A DNA stretch of 63,195 nt, counting the filler, from Reticulomyxa filosa (Eukaryota; Protista; Foraminifera): NCBI GenBank assembly GCA_000512085.1. It is 14 parts of 14 records of this genome, joined end to end, with 100 filler letters (N's around TTAATTAATTAA, not from the genome) between each part and the next. Parts side by side here need not be neighbours in the genome. Positions count along the whole stretch, not along the records: positions 1 to 17,583 come from ASPP01017911.1; positions 17,684 to 29,057 come from ASPP01006511.1; 12 more parts are not named here. One strand, written 5' to 3'. The notes below the pieces were generated by a model. It searched no databases and was not told the origin of the DNA. It was given only the letters and a program-made list of their open reading frames with translations. Shown here piece by piece: positions 12,701 to 25,576 of the stretch. How positions within the stretch are numbered: position 1 is the stretch's first letter; every line of letters begins with the position of its first letter. Position numbers and translations under genes: made by a program.

Positions 12701-13678
12701 TGCCAACAAGACAAAGTATTTTATGATGCCTCGCTCTGGACCTTTGCTGTCACAACAGTGGTTAGAATCGGCCACGTCTCCTGCTGATATGATATGTGCG
12801 GGGTCATTTGAATTGGCACAAGAGGCTTTGTACAGACAATTTGCTATTGTCAACTTTGCTCCGCTTAAACCCTATTTCTTACAAATGTATATGACTGCAT
12901 GTGCGAGATGCCCTTATTCTCCAACGCCGGCGATGTCACTATTGGACTGCGACGCAATCCCAAAAATAACAAAGTCCTGCCTTTGGTTAGCTTATCATTG
13001 GCTCAATGTCGAGAACTGATCAAAGAGGGACACAACAACGTAACCAAAACCCAATTCGATCCTGCCATTGACATATTCCGCAAAGTGTTGCATATCATTC
13101 CTCTCTTAATCCTTTCCTCCAATGAAGAGCTACGTGAGGCACGTCAACTCGTTACTGTGTGTCGAGAGTACATCAACGCGTTGCGAGTGCGAGTGGAAGC
13201 CGATAAACTCACTGACGAAGTTCGGAAGTTTGAAATGTATTGCTATTTCACACATTTCGATTTGCAGCCCGCCCACGTGTTCAGTGGCCTGTATGCTGCC
13301 ATCAGACTTGGATACGCCACTCAAAACTATGATACCACCGCGGTGCTGTGTCGCAGACTTTTGGAATTGGTCGTTTTGAAAAAAGTTCGGTCCGAGTCAT
13401 CGCAAAGACATGTCGAACAGGTGGAAAAAGTGCTCAAAAAATGCGAAGCCAAAGGTGGAGACAAAGACAAAGAGACTTTGCTGTACAAACCTCACGACTT
13501 TACTAACCTCTGTGCTATGTCCTTAAAGCCTATTCCAAAAGCTCAAGCCGATCGCTGCATCAAATCTCCTTATTGTGGAAGTCTATTCTTGGCCACATAC
13601 GATGGCCAAGTGTCCCCGGTATGCCAATTGGTTAGAATTGGAGCATCTGCTCAAGGATTAACTGTTTATGTCACATGA
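9705..13678 (+). CDS. COPA: Coatomer subunit alpha
   Basis: '[19 protein letters not shown]', '[12 protein letters not shown]', '[12 protein letters not shown]', '[17 protein letters not shown]', and C-terminal '[11 protein letters not shown]' and '[13 protein letters not shown]'. Intron 10028-10185. Three apparent 1-nt deletions (~11230, ~12678, ~12903). Confidence 0.95.
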
Positions 13679-14086
13679 AGTTCTTTTGCAGGAGAGTTTT
13701 TTTATGGCTTAAAAAAACTAATTTAAACCTTCACTGCTGCTCTCCCTTTTAAACATATTGAACCAAAGCATCAATTTATTTGGGAATAAAGGGTAGGAGG
13801 GGAGGGAGGAAAAAAAAAAAAAAAGAACCATTCACAGTTTGGTTGAATAATTATCCAAAACAAAAAATTATGCTTTTCGAACTTTTAATGTGATTTTAAC
13901 CTTTTCGTCAAATGATTGCAAAAAAAAAAAATGTTGGCTAATCTCTAAAAAGGAAATTTCTAATCCCTGGTTTCGTCCTGAAAATTACCCCTTCTGAAGG
14001 AGAAAAGGACAAAAAAAACTTTGTCTCAAAATTTGATCGCATTCTAATTTTTCCTAAATTTTAATCTTATTGACAACAAAGGTAAA

Positions 14087-14752
14087 ATGTCTACACCAAG
14101 TAAACGAAGACTTGTGCGAGACTTCCGTCGTTTAGAGACAGATCCCCCACATGGGATAACAGCAGCCCCACTACAAGACGACATTATGCAATGGGAAGCA
14201 ATTATCTTTGGTCCTGATGATAGCGCGTGGGAAGGTGGAACGTTCAAACTGACGCTTTCGTTTACTCAAGACTACCCAAACAAGGCTCCAACCGTGAAAT
14301 TTGTGACGAAGATGTTTCATCCAAACATTTATGCTGATGGTAGCATATGTTTAGATATTTTGCAGCACAACTGGTCACCTATTTATGACATAGCAGCAAT
14401 TCTCACGTCCATTCAATCGTTGTTAACTGATCCTAATCCCAATTCTCCAGCGAATGTGGAAGCTGCCAAGCTGTATCAAGAAAATCGTAGAGAATACGAA
14501 CGTCGAGTACAACAAGTAGTTGAGGAATCATGGGACCATGACAATGACTCGGACAAAGAAACCGACGATGATGCCTCGGACAGTGGCGAAAACGAAAGCA
14601 AAACAAGCGAGAAAAAAGACAAGACAAAAGAACAAGAAAAAGATAAAGATAAAGAGAAGGAAAAAGAAAAGGAAGAAAAAGAGAAGGAAAAGGCTAAGGA
14701 GGATCAAAACCAGCAAAGCGAGACCATGCAATCTAGTGTTTCAAAAGATTGA
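14087..14752 (+). CDS. RAD6: Ubiquitin-conjugating enzyme E2 of the Rad6/Ubc2 family with an acidic, KE-rich tail
   Basis: '[16 protein letters not shown]', '[25 protein letters not shown]', 'DPNPNSPAN', '[12 protein letters not shown]'. Confidence 0.95.
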   Translation: MSTPSKRRLVRDFRRLETDPPHGITAAPLQDDIMQWEAIIFGPDDSAWEGGTFKLTLSFTQDYPNKAPTVKFVTKMFHPNIYADGSICLDILQHNWSPIYDIAAILTSIQSLLTDPNPNSPANVEAAKLYQENRREYERRVQQVVEESWDHDNDSDKETDDDASDSGENESKTSEKKDKTKEQEKDKDKEKEKEKEEKEKEKAKEDQNQQSETMQSSVSKD

Positions 14753-15252
14753 CAAAGTGCTAACGAATACACCACAGTTTAACAAACAAGAAAACGCTGT
14801 TTGGCTATGGTAGAAAAAATGTGTTTGAGTCTTTGAAATAATTGAAGCAAAATTTCTTTTTGATTTCTCGTCATAAACGTACTTCCAAACATTTTTTTGC
14901 AAGGCAGACGAAGGTCACTTAAAAGAATTAGAGTAATGTCGTTTATATTTTTTTCCACTCCAACTGCTATCCAAAATTTTTATCCTTTTCACAATTTCGG
15001 AAATAAATAGTAATGTAGTCTTGTGGAAATTTTATTTAAAATTTCTGCTCAATTAATCGCATAAAAAGATTACTCTTAAATTAGACTTATAAACATTTGC
15101 AATTTATTCATTGAAAAAGCATTTCACCTGAACAAGGCCTACTTATTCTAAACTATTTCGTGTATGTACGTCGGGAACAACTTGCTTGCACAACTGAAGC
15201 TACGCCTTTTTAGAAAAAGGTTTTAAGTTAAAAAAAAGTTTAACCAACAAAG

Positions 15253-15983
15253 ATGTTGCAGGTATTCAGTGCTTTGATCTGTTTTTTGGTGTGCTGCAGC
15301 GCTCGTTTGAGTCATTTTGCTTTGGTATATAACGGGCAATGTGTTCAAAGCAGGTAAGTGAAGAAAAAAGGGTGCTCAAACGTGTCGACATTCGCAACGA
15401 AAAAAAACAGCCCCACTCAAGCTCAATGCCAAGGAAAAGCAAACAGCCAAACGATCGCAGCGTATATTGACCCAACGGAAGGTGTTCAATTTCAAGACAC
15501 TCAACAAGAAGAAGGACCTTCGTCTTCATTGACAATTTCAATCATCGATAACGACAAAGGTAAGTGAGAACGTATACTTTTTTCTTGAGAAAAAAATGAA
15601 TTTCAATATAAAATTGTTTTAAAACAAGGCTTCGAAGCATTTGGTGACTTAACATTTGGTTATGATCCTAATACTCAAACCCAAACTTTGTTAACTTTTA
15701 CGTACAACCAAAACGACGTTGTATCGATCGTAGATCAAAATAACGATCGCTTTATTGATGCCGGATTTGTTAATATCACTGGTTTGTATTTTGTTGTTTT
15801 GTTATACGCCATTTCAATTCGCAAAAAATACACTTTGTAAATTGATGTTCTCAAGGCGGCACTGGTGCATATGCGATGGCTCACGGTTTGATCAGCATGA
15901 ACGCTCAAGGTTCATACAATTCCCAAAGTGGTGTGTCTGATTGGTATGTGTTCCTGGAGGCCGCAATTGGAATCCCCCAATAA
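15253..15983 (+). CDS. Four-exon small secreted protein, possible dirigent/allene-oxide-cyclase-like barrel
   Basis: Signal-peptide-like MLQVFSALICFLVCCSA. GT-AG introns from 15353, 15560 and 15782 splice in phase to give '...FVNITGGTGAYAMAHGLISMN...IPQ*'. Confidence 0.65.
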
Positions 15984-17583
15984 GTAATTATGTCATAAGT
16001 TTTTGTTTTTTAGGTTTCTTTTTGTTATTATCATTTTTAGTATCCGTGGAGTGAAAAAGTTATCTTTCAGTTGTGGCATTAATCCACAGAGTTAATACTT
16101 TGCAAGCAAAATTGTTTGTAAAATTCATTTAAACTTATAGTGGGACAACATCACTCACAAGACTAGCCTATGTTGTTGTCACTTAACATAGAGGGTTTGT
16201 TGATTTAATAAACACACTTGGCAAGCCTATTGATTCATCAAAATACGCATTTTTTGAAGAGTAAAAACTTTAAAAAAACACTTATGGAATTGTGGAGATA
16301 AAATTCTATGTACGTACTAGTGAAACAAAACTCTTTGTGAGAACGTCAAACCGTATTTTTGGGCAATGTATTTGTGAAAGACTTGGAAAGTGCAAAGTTA
16401 TTGGTGACAAACATTTTTGCTAAGAGATCAGATTCCAAAGTTATATATGGCACTTCATTCAAGTTAATTTTGAAACGTGTTTAGCATTATTCAAACTAGT
16501 GAGACTTTGCTGTTCGTCTTTGTATTGAACTGTTGCGTTAGCTTCTTTTGATTTAATGCGCCACAGCAAATCAAAGATAGATATATACTTATCATAAGTC
16601 ATTTGCTGGTTTAAGGCAATAATAATTTTTTGTACATCGTTTGGAGAGAAGCAACATCGGCTTTATGAAAAATAGTGAAGGACTGTGATCATAAGTGTAA
16701 ACTTGGAAAGTGACAAATTAGTTCGGAATTCATTTAAATCAACATTTAATTCAATGTTGAATCTCAAGGGCGAAGTCATCGCTGATGTAACTTCAGAATT
16801 AACTTGTTCAAATTGTTTGCATATGCTTTTGTATTGCAATTAATTGTGGCAAATTAAGTGAATCTTCATTATTCAACGAATAAACTTACTTACAGTCAAA
16901 TAATAAGTGAGCCCCAACAACGCATTATAATATGCATGCTTACATGTTTGGTAACTATTAAATTTAAAGCATAATTTTAGTTCTTTAGTTAGCTGCTAAA
17001 CTTCCAAAATTATATATATAATGAGCTAGTGCATCATTGTCACAGTTGCCAACTAGTTTTCTTAATCTGTCTTTACTTTATGAATATCGATTTTCGATTG
17101 TATGATTGCATCGAGTAAAGTTGTTTACCAAGTCATCTTTCACAATATCAAAAAATTAAGCGTGGAAAATGACTGCAAAGATCTACTTTTAACATTATCA
17201 ATAAACTTGTTACAAGTTAACTTATTTTTCTTTTTATTTGTACGTATTAAGACTTTTAAAAATTCTTTTATTAAAAAGAAATACATTCTTGGATTCTCTA
17301 AGACGCATTGATAAAAAGAACCTTTTTGTTACTGAAACTCTTCATTTGCACTTTCACTAAAAGTCAAGTCCCTTCACGTCTTGACCATAATCAGCAATCT
17401 GGAAATAGAAAAATATAGTTTTGCAATGAAAATTTCTCTAAAGAAGAAACTGACATTTCACAAGTTGAATGTAGCCGAAGTAAACCGAGTGCACAAACAC
17501 TCCGAACAAATTCAGAACGCGTTGAATATTAATGAATACTATTCAAAAAACTATTCAACATATTCTTAAGCAAAAATTCTTTG

Positions 17584-17683
17584 NNNNNNNNNNNNNNNNN
17601 NNNNNNNNNNNNNNNNNNNNNNNNNNNTTAATTAATTAANNNNNNNNNNNNNNNNNNNNNNNNNNNNNNNNNNNNNNNNNNNN
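17584..17683. other. Artificial contig linker N44-TTAATTAATTAA-N44 (first of 13; others start at 29058, 35238, 37536, 45012, 46599, 48045, 49502, 50996, 54132, 55250, 60557, 61731)
   Basis: Identical 100-nt structure each time. The 12-mer places stops in all six frames. Genes are truncated and base composition changes at many junctions. Confidence 0.98.
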
Positions 17684-17734
<51 letters not shown>

Positions 17735-17776
17735 AAAACAAACAAAAAAAGAAGAAGGCTGATGCAAATACAAACA

Positions 17777-18955
17777 GCTTGTGTTCCCATTTGATCAAGC
17801 AAATCTCTAATGCGTCCAAGACTAGTCAAAATGTCAGTGGTAATGACCATGGTTTCTTGCTCCGCGTGAGCTGTTTGTAACTTGGACTTCTTCAAGGCTT
17901 CGTGAATGGTCAGAAACAACAAAGACTTGATCAAAGAAATTTCCCAAGGCACTTCTTTTTCGAATGCATCTTTGGCAGCCGTATCTTTGGGGTTGAACGT
18001 GCTTTTGTTGGCAAAGTATCGTCCCAACATCGCGCTGTTGGCTGGAGCGCTTCCGCTTATGGAACCTGTGTTTGTTGTCGCGCCATTGCTATTATTCGCG
18101 TGACTGATGTTGGGCATGTTCACGTCCTCGTCACTTTCATCTTTCACGTCATACATTCGCGATAAATCGTCAAACCCTACCACCCCTTTCTCTACTATTG
18201 CTTCTGGCTTTGGACGCATTTGCAACATTAGGTTTATGTTTTCCATTGTTGATGATAATCTTCGATGTTGTCGCTTGTATACATTTACCTTGCAACATTA
18301 TGTATGTATATATGTATACATATGTACATACATATATAAATATATAAATATATATATATGTATATGTATATGTATATATACATATATGTTTATGTATATC
18401 CTCCTTCAAACAAAAAATACACAGACGCGTGTACACAGAAAAATAAAGTATTCATGTGTTGACTCACGGGCTGATCAAAATATCCCACAGGCACAATTCC
18501 TCGACGTTCGATTTGCACTGGCGTTGGTCTATGTGTAGGCGCCAACTTACGCGATAAGTTTTCTTTTGCTGCGCCCTTCTGTTCTCTTGACAATCGTGCT
18601 ATCTCTTCTCGATGAAGGTACTAGAAATTTTTTTTTTTTTATTACGTATAACTTCCTTGATAAAAGGATCAATGCTTTAATGAAAATAAACTAAAACAAA
18701 AATAAATATACACATGCCCTCCTCCCCCTCCCTCCCCCCCAATCATCTTGTTATTACTTCAGTATCAGATAAACCATGGTGCTTTAATGCCAATCGTGAA
18801 TAGAGCTCTTCTTGGTATGGATTGACATTGGCAGTCCTATCTTGGTCTCGCCATTCTACTGCAATTGGATCGATATTCCAACCTGCGTGAATTTCTATTC
18901 CTTCGTTTGTTACTTTTTTTACTGTTGTTTGAGAGTGTAGTCCTGAATCTGTCAT
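17777..18955 (-). CDS. RPEL-repeat (G-actin-binding motif) protein, multi-exon, 3'-truncated
   Basis: RPEL-like 'KENLSRKLAPTHRPTPVQIERRGIVP' and 'MENINLMLQMRPKPEAIVEKGVV'. Exons are separated by introns, one rich in (TA)n microsatellite. Confidence 0.55.
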
Positions 18956-19495
18956 CTTGGAAGAGCTCTTTTGTTGAGAGTTAGATGTTGGCTTTATCAG
19001 TGATAACCTCTTGTTCGAACTGTCCTTTGGTGACGACGCTTTACTTACTAATTCGTGTTGAGAAGGAGGTTTTGATGTTGTTACACTGCTTACACGTTCA
19101 CGAAATGGAACCCAACTATTATCTTATCAACTGGAAATAGAAAATTATGACCTTCAAGTGCTTGCTGCCAGCTGGTCATTCACAACAAAAACCTTTTTAC
19201 TGTGTTTCGTGTTGTTTGTTCCTTTCGTTCTTAAACAAGTGCTTCGTGATTGTGTAAAAAAAAATAATTACATATTTTCATTGAATACAGCCACAAAGTG
19301 AGAGTTTAAGCAAAAGCATTCAAGTTTTTAATCATTTTTTTTTGTAAAAGTAGATTTGAGATCAAATAGAACGTTTAGGTGGTATATATGCACATATTTT
19401 TGATACTAATCTGTGCCCCTTTTGTTTTTTTAAACAAAAAAAGTTCGAATTGGGGGAGCTCCCTTTCTTGTATTATTTCAATAAAAAATTAAAAG

Positions 19496-22400
19496 ATGAC
19501 AAGTGAGCCTTCTGGAGATAATACGGCACCAGGTATGGAACGGCTTTTGTAATGTTGGTTTTTTTTTTTTTTAGTAGAAAAATCTCTATAGAAAAGGCAA
19601 AGCACATTCTGTATGAATGTTTGTGTTGGGGATAAATTGGACATAGATCGCAGCGATTTGGAGCTATTGCAAAAAGGTGGAGTATATGTCCCCCCATTTA
19701 AAATGAGAAGACTTCAAGCCAAAATAGCAGAAAACAAGAAGTCGGAAGCATATCAAAGATTGCAATGGGAAGCATTGAGAAAATCGATTAACGGTTTAGT
19801 GAATAAAGTGAACGTTGCCAACATTAAGCATATCGCACTGGAGTTATTCCAGCAAAATATCGTGCGTGGACGAGGACTATTTTGTCGGAGTATCATGAAA
19901 GCGCAGATGGCATCCCCCAATTTCACGCCCGTGTACGCTGCGCTGGTGGCCATTATCAATTGTCGAATTCCAGAAATCGGAGAGCTTTTGGCAAGACGTG
20001 TTGCTTTTCAATTCCGTCGAGCCTTTCGTCGAAATGACAAAGTTGATGGTTATGTTTTTTTTGTTTTGTTTTGTCCCTTCCTCCCTTCCTCCCTCCCCCC
20101 CTTCTTTTGCTTCTTGTTTGATGATACAACCCCTTTTTTGTTTCCGCGAAATTGCGAATGTTTGTTTTGGTGGTGAAAGATACTAATGAAAAGTGTGGGT
20201 CCATTGATCGCACATTTGACCAACCAAAAAGTGATCCATGAACTGTTGGTAATGGAAATTATTTATGTGCTGCTAAAGCAACCGACGGATGACAGTGTTG
20301 AGGTGAGCAAAGAGATCATTCTGCAATGTGGACAGACACTATCGAAAGCGGATCCCAAGCTAATCCGAGGGGTGTACGACACTATGCGCGAAATTTTTCA
20401 GGAAAGTCGACAAATCAACGATCGAATAAAATACGAACTGGAATCTTTCTTTGAGGCTGTACGCACCAAATTTGCAGTTTTGTTTCGATGTCAAAAAAAA
20501 ATAAAAAAAAATGTAACTTTGTCGAAAAAGACGATTTGCACTAAACAAATAAAAGGATTATCCGGCTATGCCCGATGAATTGGATTTGATCGACGACGAC
20601 GATGTAATTACTCATCGCATAGAACTGAATGACTCGCAGGACCCCGAAAAACTCTTGGATGTGTTCCATTACGACCCCCAATGGGACGAAAACGAACAGC
20701 GATATGACGAATATCGCAAGGCCATTTAGGCGAAGATGATGATAGTGACGCCAATGACAATGACAATGATAATGATAATAATAATGATAATGACAATAAT
20801 AATGATAATGACAATAATAATGATAATGACAATGACAATGACATGGATGGCGTCAAGGATCGCAACGGGGCGAGTGACAATGAACATGACAAAATGTCTG
20901 TCGACGAGAACGGGGACAACTTGGCGAGAAATAATGATGACAACAATGATGATAATGATAATGATAATGATAATAGTGAAGAAAAAGGAAATAAAAAAAG
21001 CGATAATGAGAACGGAAATGAAGACGATGAAAACGAAAACAAGGACAAGACCGAAGGAGGGGCATTTGACATTCATGACTTGACGAATACAATGTTATGA
21101 ATTTACGAAGAAATATTTATTTAACATTTGTGTCCAGTGTCAGTGCTGAAGAAATGGCACACAAAATATTGAAAGGCTTTGAGGGCAACGAAGTTATTAT
21201 TTTTTATTTTTTATTTTATTTTTTTTTAAATAGCAAAAAACATACACGCAAACACAAAAACAAACAATAAAAATACATCGAAGAAACAAGTCGCTTATAT
21301 GATATTAGAAGCTTGTGCACATGAAAGATCACATCGCAAGCAATATGGGCTGCTTGCAGAGCGCTTAAGTAAAGTGAAATCAATCTACGAGGATGCATTT
21401 GACGAACTTTTCCCACGACAATACGAAGATATTCATATGTTGGATACAAACAAAATTCGCAATGTCGCTCGATTCTTTGCGTATCTGCTGTACAGTGACG
21501 CATTGGATTGGAGTATATTCGAATTCATTAAAGTGAATGAACATGATACCAATCCTTCCAAGCGTATATTTATCAAAGTTTTATTTCAAGAACTGGCGTC
21601 ATACATGGGAGTCAAGTTAAAACAACGCTTGGAATGCGGGGAATATGGCATTGCCTTTCGATGGTCTTTTTCCAAAAGACAATCCGAAAAATACCAGATT
21701 TAGCATCAATTTTTTTACTACCATTGGCTTGGGTGGGTTGACTGAATCTATGCGTGCACATTTGAAATCCTATCAAAAACAAATTTTGAAACAACAGCAA
21801 GAAATGGTATCATCTAGTGACAGCGATAGTGATAGCAATGATGGCAGCGGTGATACGAACAGTGACAGCAAAAGTGATAGTGATAGCAGCAACAGCGGCG
21901 AGGAAAAAGACACTACTAACAAAACTGGTGATAAGGATCGTGAAGGCAATGACAACAGCAACAACAATAAAGCAAAAAAATCCAAAAAACATAAAAAAAA
22001 AAATAAAATAAAAATAAAAATAAAAACAAAGATCAAACCAAAGGTGAGGAAAACTCATCCCAACATGTGAAAAAAGAAGACGATAATGAAAAACTTCAAC
22101 AAAAAAAATCGGAACTTGAAACTTTGCGTTCAACTCCTCCTCCACCTATTGAATCATCACAAAAAGGGTTACCACGAGATAATGTCAATGAAGATATTGA
22201 AAAAGACAGAAGAAGAGAAAGACAAAAAGATAAGCAAAGCGACAGACGGTATCGTAGAGACTCTCGTTCCAGGTCTCGAACTCGCTCTAAGTCGCAAAGT
22301 CGCTCAAGACCAAAGTCTCGAAGTCATCCAAGATCGAAATCTCGAAGTCGTCAAAGATCAAAATCCCGAAGTCTCTCAAGACAACGGTCCCCTTCAGACA

Positions 22401-22594
22401 GATATCGTTATCGGGACAAAAAAAACGATGGATATAAACATGATGGAAGAAGTCGGGACGAAAAGACATATTCCCAAAATAATAAAAAAACGAGAAGTCG
22501 TCATAGATCTCGATCTTCTTCACGAGAGAGAACACGATGGCCGGAAAGAAGGCACAGACAAGAAAGTCGTCGCTCTTCTCGCAGTCCATCATAA
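19496..22594 (+). CDS. CWC22: Pre-mRNA splicing factor CWC22 (MIF4G + MA3 + RS tail)
   Basis: 'GGVYVPPFK', '[21 protein letters not shown]', 'PTDDSVEV', '[21 protein letters not shown]', '[21 protein letters not shown]', then an RS-rich tail. Introns 19533-19646, 20042-20179, 20477-20555, 21193-21283. Several apparent 1-nt indels. Confidence 0.93.
20737..21030 (+). repeat. (GAT/AAT/GAC) trinucleotide-derived D/N-rich coding repeat in the CWC22 linker
   Basis: Runs of AATGAC/AATGAT/AATAAT are directly visible. Confidence 0.85.
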
Positions 22595-23364
22595 GATAAA
22601 GCTTTTAATAAACCGACAACCCCAAAACCGCTTTTTTTTTCTTTTTCGTGTCCTTCAATTGCCTCAAACTTGTCACAAATCAGCTCAAAAGTGTTTTGAA
22701 TTGGTCTGTTTGTCAGTAGGACACAATTTTCGTGCCACTTTTGAAATGCTTTCACGCGATGATATTTTTAACAATGCTTACAAATTTGGATTGCTAATCA
22801 AAAACAAATATGAAAAGGCTTTGCATCAAACATAAAAAAAATTTGAATATTATGACTTTTTCGTGTTGCATGATCTAAACTGGTTTTACAATGAACTATC
22901 TAGTCCTGATTACATCTTATTTTTACTGCAAACTGTTTGCCAAAATATGATTCCCTTGAGTGTATTTTGCCTTAAAATGTTTTATTTGAGAATATTTTTG
23001 CTTTTCTTTCTTGTCGAAGCACAACACGTTCTTTTTTTACATTTTTTCATATATTTATCTTCGTATCTGCTGAGCTTGGCTTTTTACACTTAGCAAAATT
23101 TGATTGGCAAGGAAATACTTATCAAACAAAATTTAAACTTCATTCGAAAAATATTGTGATCCTTTACACTTTATAGCAAAACTTTGGTATTTCATTAAAA
23201 TGAAAATTTTCCAGGCTGATTTTGATGATTTTCGTTATTGAAATTAACTATAATGTGAACAAAACGCAAAACAAGTAAGTTTTGCAAAATGAAGCTAGAC
23301 CAATTAACTATTACACAACAGCTGCAAAATAAGTCTTCTTTTACAAATCAATGCAGAAAGCAAT

Positions 23365-24371
23365 CTATTGTTGATACAGTTCGCACGCGTTCAAAACTCT
23401 TTTGATTCCTTTTGCATGGTCATTCAGAAAACTTTGCAACCATAAGCTATCTTGAATGTGCGGCAGGCTTTTTCGAATTGTATCAAGCGAAGCTGTCATA
23501 TCATCCAGTTGTTTAATTATCTTTTCTTTATTGGATAGTTTATCGTATTGTTCCTTTGAAATCAGCTTTCCATCACTGTTATTTTGTTGCGGTTCATATC
23601 TATCAGCTTCATCATCAGTGTTTGTATAAGTGGATTGAATTGGTTCGGTATGTGACGAAGGAAGCGGGCTCAGCGGATCGTCATTAAATTTTCGACGTTT
23701 ATGTTTGCCATCTCCTTCTCTTGTACTTATGATATTTGTATCATTAAATTCGCTAACGGCGTCACCGCAAGTGTTTTCTTCATCTGAATACATTTCCATG
23801 CGCTTACGCTTTGACCGTTTTGTTAGTGCTTGGTTTCTTTTTTTTTTTAAGATTTTTTCGATGGTTGTTGAAAAAAAAAAAAAAACAAATCAGAAAAGGA
23901 GTACACAAACGTTGAATGCAATGGAGTAACCAACTGGATGGAGGATTTGTAGGTGTCGTTATTAGACAAATGCTTGGTAGGAGACAGCAGTTTTACATTT
24001 TGATTAACTTCATTGTCTTTTTCCATTTCGTCGTGTTGCTCTTTGGTCAAAAACTCCCACTCTAACACGTCATCCGTACTTGATACTTGTTGAGATAGTG
24101 AAAATTTTTTGGTTGTGTTTTTTTGATTGGGTGACAATATCACAGATATTGTCTCACTGTCACTCCTTTCACTCTCTTTTGTTTCTTCTTCATCTTCTTC
24201 TTTTTTTCCTTCTCGCTTTCCCAATTTTTTGAGTAATCTTTTCGACTTTCTTGTAACTGGTGTTTTGCATTGTTGAGTTAATGGCTGACTTGGCAAGTAA
24301 TTACTCCAATTGGATTCCTTTCGCTTTTTCTTTTTTTCCTCGAATTCTTCCTTTTTTTTCCCCCCCCTCAC
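23365..24371 (-). CDS. Low-complexity, charged hypothetical protein (probably multi-exon or frameshifted)
   Basis: Two consecutive minus-strand ORFs with K/E/S-rich content, NLS-like 'KHKRRK' and a helical C-terminus. No recognisable domain. Confidence 0.4.
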
Positions 24372-24905
24372 GCTTTTTTTGTTTTATGATTCAAAAGAAA
24401 AACAAACTGAAAATTTTCTGCCATTGTAGCACTCCTTGCATTGTATACATTTTCCAATTGGACATTGGTAATACACAAGCCCGCGTTTGATATTTTCGTA
24501 ACCTTTTTTTTTGTTTTACACTAAACAATTTTTTTTTGTTTTTATGAAGAATTAACAGGTTGAGCAGGCGAGTGGAATTCTGTTTGAACATTTTTTTTTT
24601 CCAACTTGTGAATTGTCTGGTTACAACTCTCACACCAAACAACACGCAATGCCATTGCCATCTTTTTGGTTTTGAGCAAACAATAAAAAGCTCTGTTTTT
24701 TAACAACTAGCTTAGGGCTATATATTGAACTTTCAGATATAGTTTTGAGAAAGCTTAGTTTGTGTTTCTTTGTTTTTTATAAGTGACAAATTAACTTTAG
24801 CTATTGAAAAAATTGAATATTGGATAAAAATAAAAGTGGCAACCGATACTTTATTAGTACAAAAGAAGTTTTACCTTTTTTTTATATAAAATCTTGTGGA
24901 TATAG

Positions 24906-25523
24906 ATGTCTTCGTCTCAACAAGCAAAAATTCCCTTTGTTGACTGGGAAGAGCAATCAAATCCCTTATACACGCCACGTCATCAACGCTGGCGCGCGCA
25001 AGTGCGAAAATTTGTGAGCGAAGTACTGGAACCAAACATCAACACATATGAACAAAAGAAATCAATTCCAATGGAAGTGTACAAAAAATGTTATGAATAT
25101 GGAGTATATGCAGCGCGTTATCCAGCGAAATATGGTGGAACTCCTTTTGAAAATGAAGAATGGGACAATTTTATGATGATAATTTTGTACGAAGAATTTG
25201 CGCGTATGTGTTCAGGCGGTATTTTTTTGTCAATGTTTATTCAAATGATCAGCGTCCCTCAGGTTATGCACTTTGGAAGTGAAGAGCAAAAGCAGACGTT
25301 TGCGGACGTCATTCGCGCTGACAAGATTGCGTCTTTGGCAATCAGCGAGTCCGGGTATGGCAGCGACGTCGCAAATATTGAAACGACAGCAAAAAGGGAT
25401 GGAGACTATTACATTGTCAATGGAAATAAAAAATGGATATCCAATGGGTTAAAGGCTAGTTATTTTGTGACTGCAGTGAGAACTGGTCTCAGAAATATGC
25501 ATATATGTACATATATATATATA

Positions 25524-25576
<53 letters not shown>

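Noticed and set aside
16100-17583. Possible decayed coding sequence (also 28000-28450, 48145-49501, 54232-55249)
   Set aside because: No motif I can assign with confidence. A BLASTX search would be needed.
20608-21092. Antisense and alternate-frame ORFs of SLSL, IIIV or MTMI type (also 62122-62535, 14528-14731, 12061-12656)
   Set aside because: They are shadows of D/N- or K/E-rich coding repeats on the true strand.
9705-22594. Programmed ribosomal frameshifting or insertional RNA editing in COPA and CWC22
   Set aside because: There is no shared slippery motif, most sites are base runs, and the same 1-nt losses occur in the bacterial IOR gene (KILYNDAVAMTGG and VEVFHRREL are both broken).
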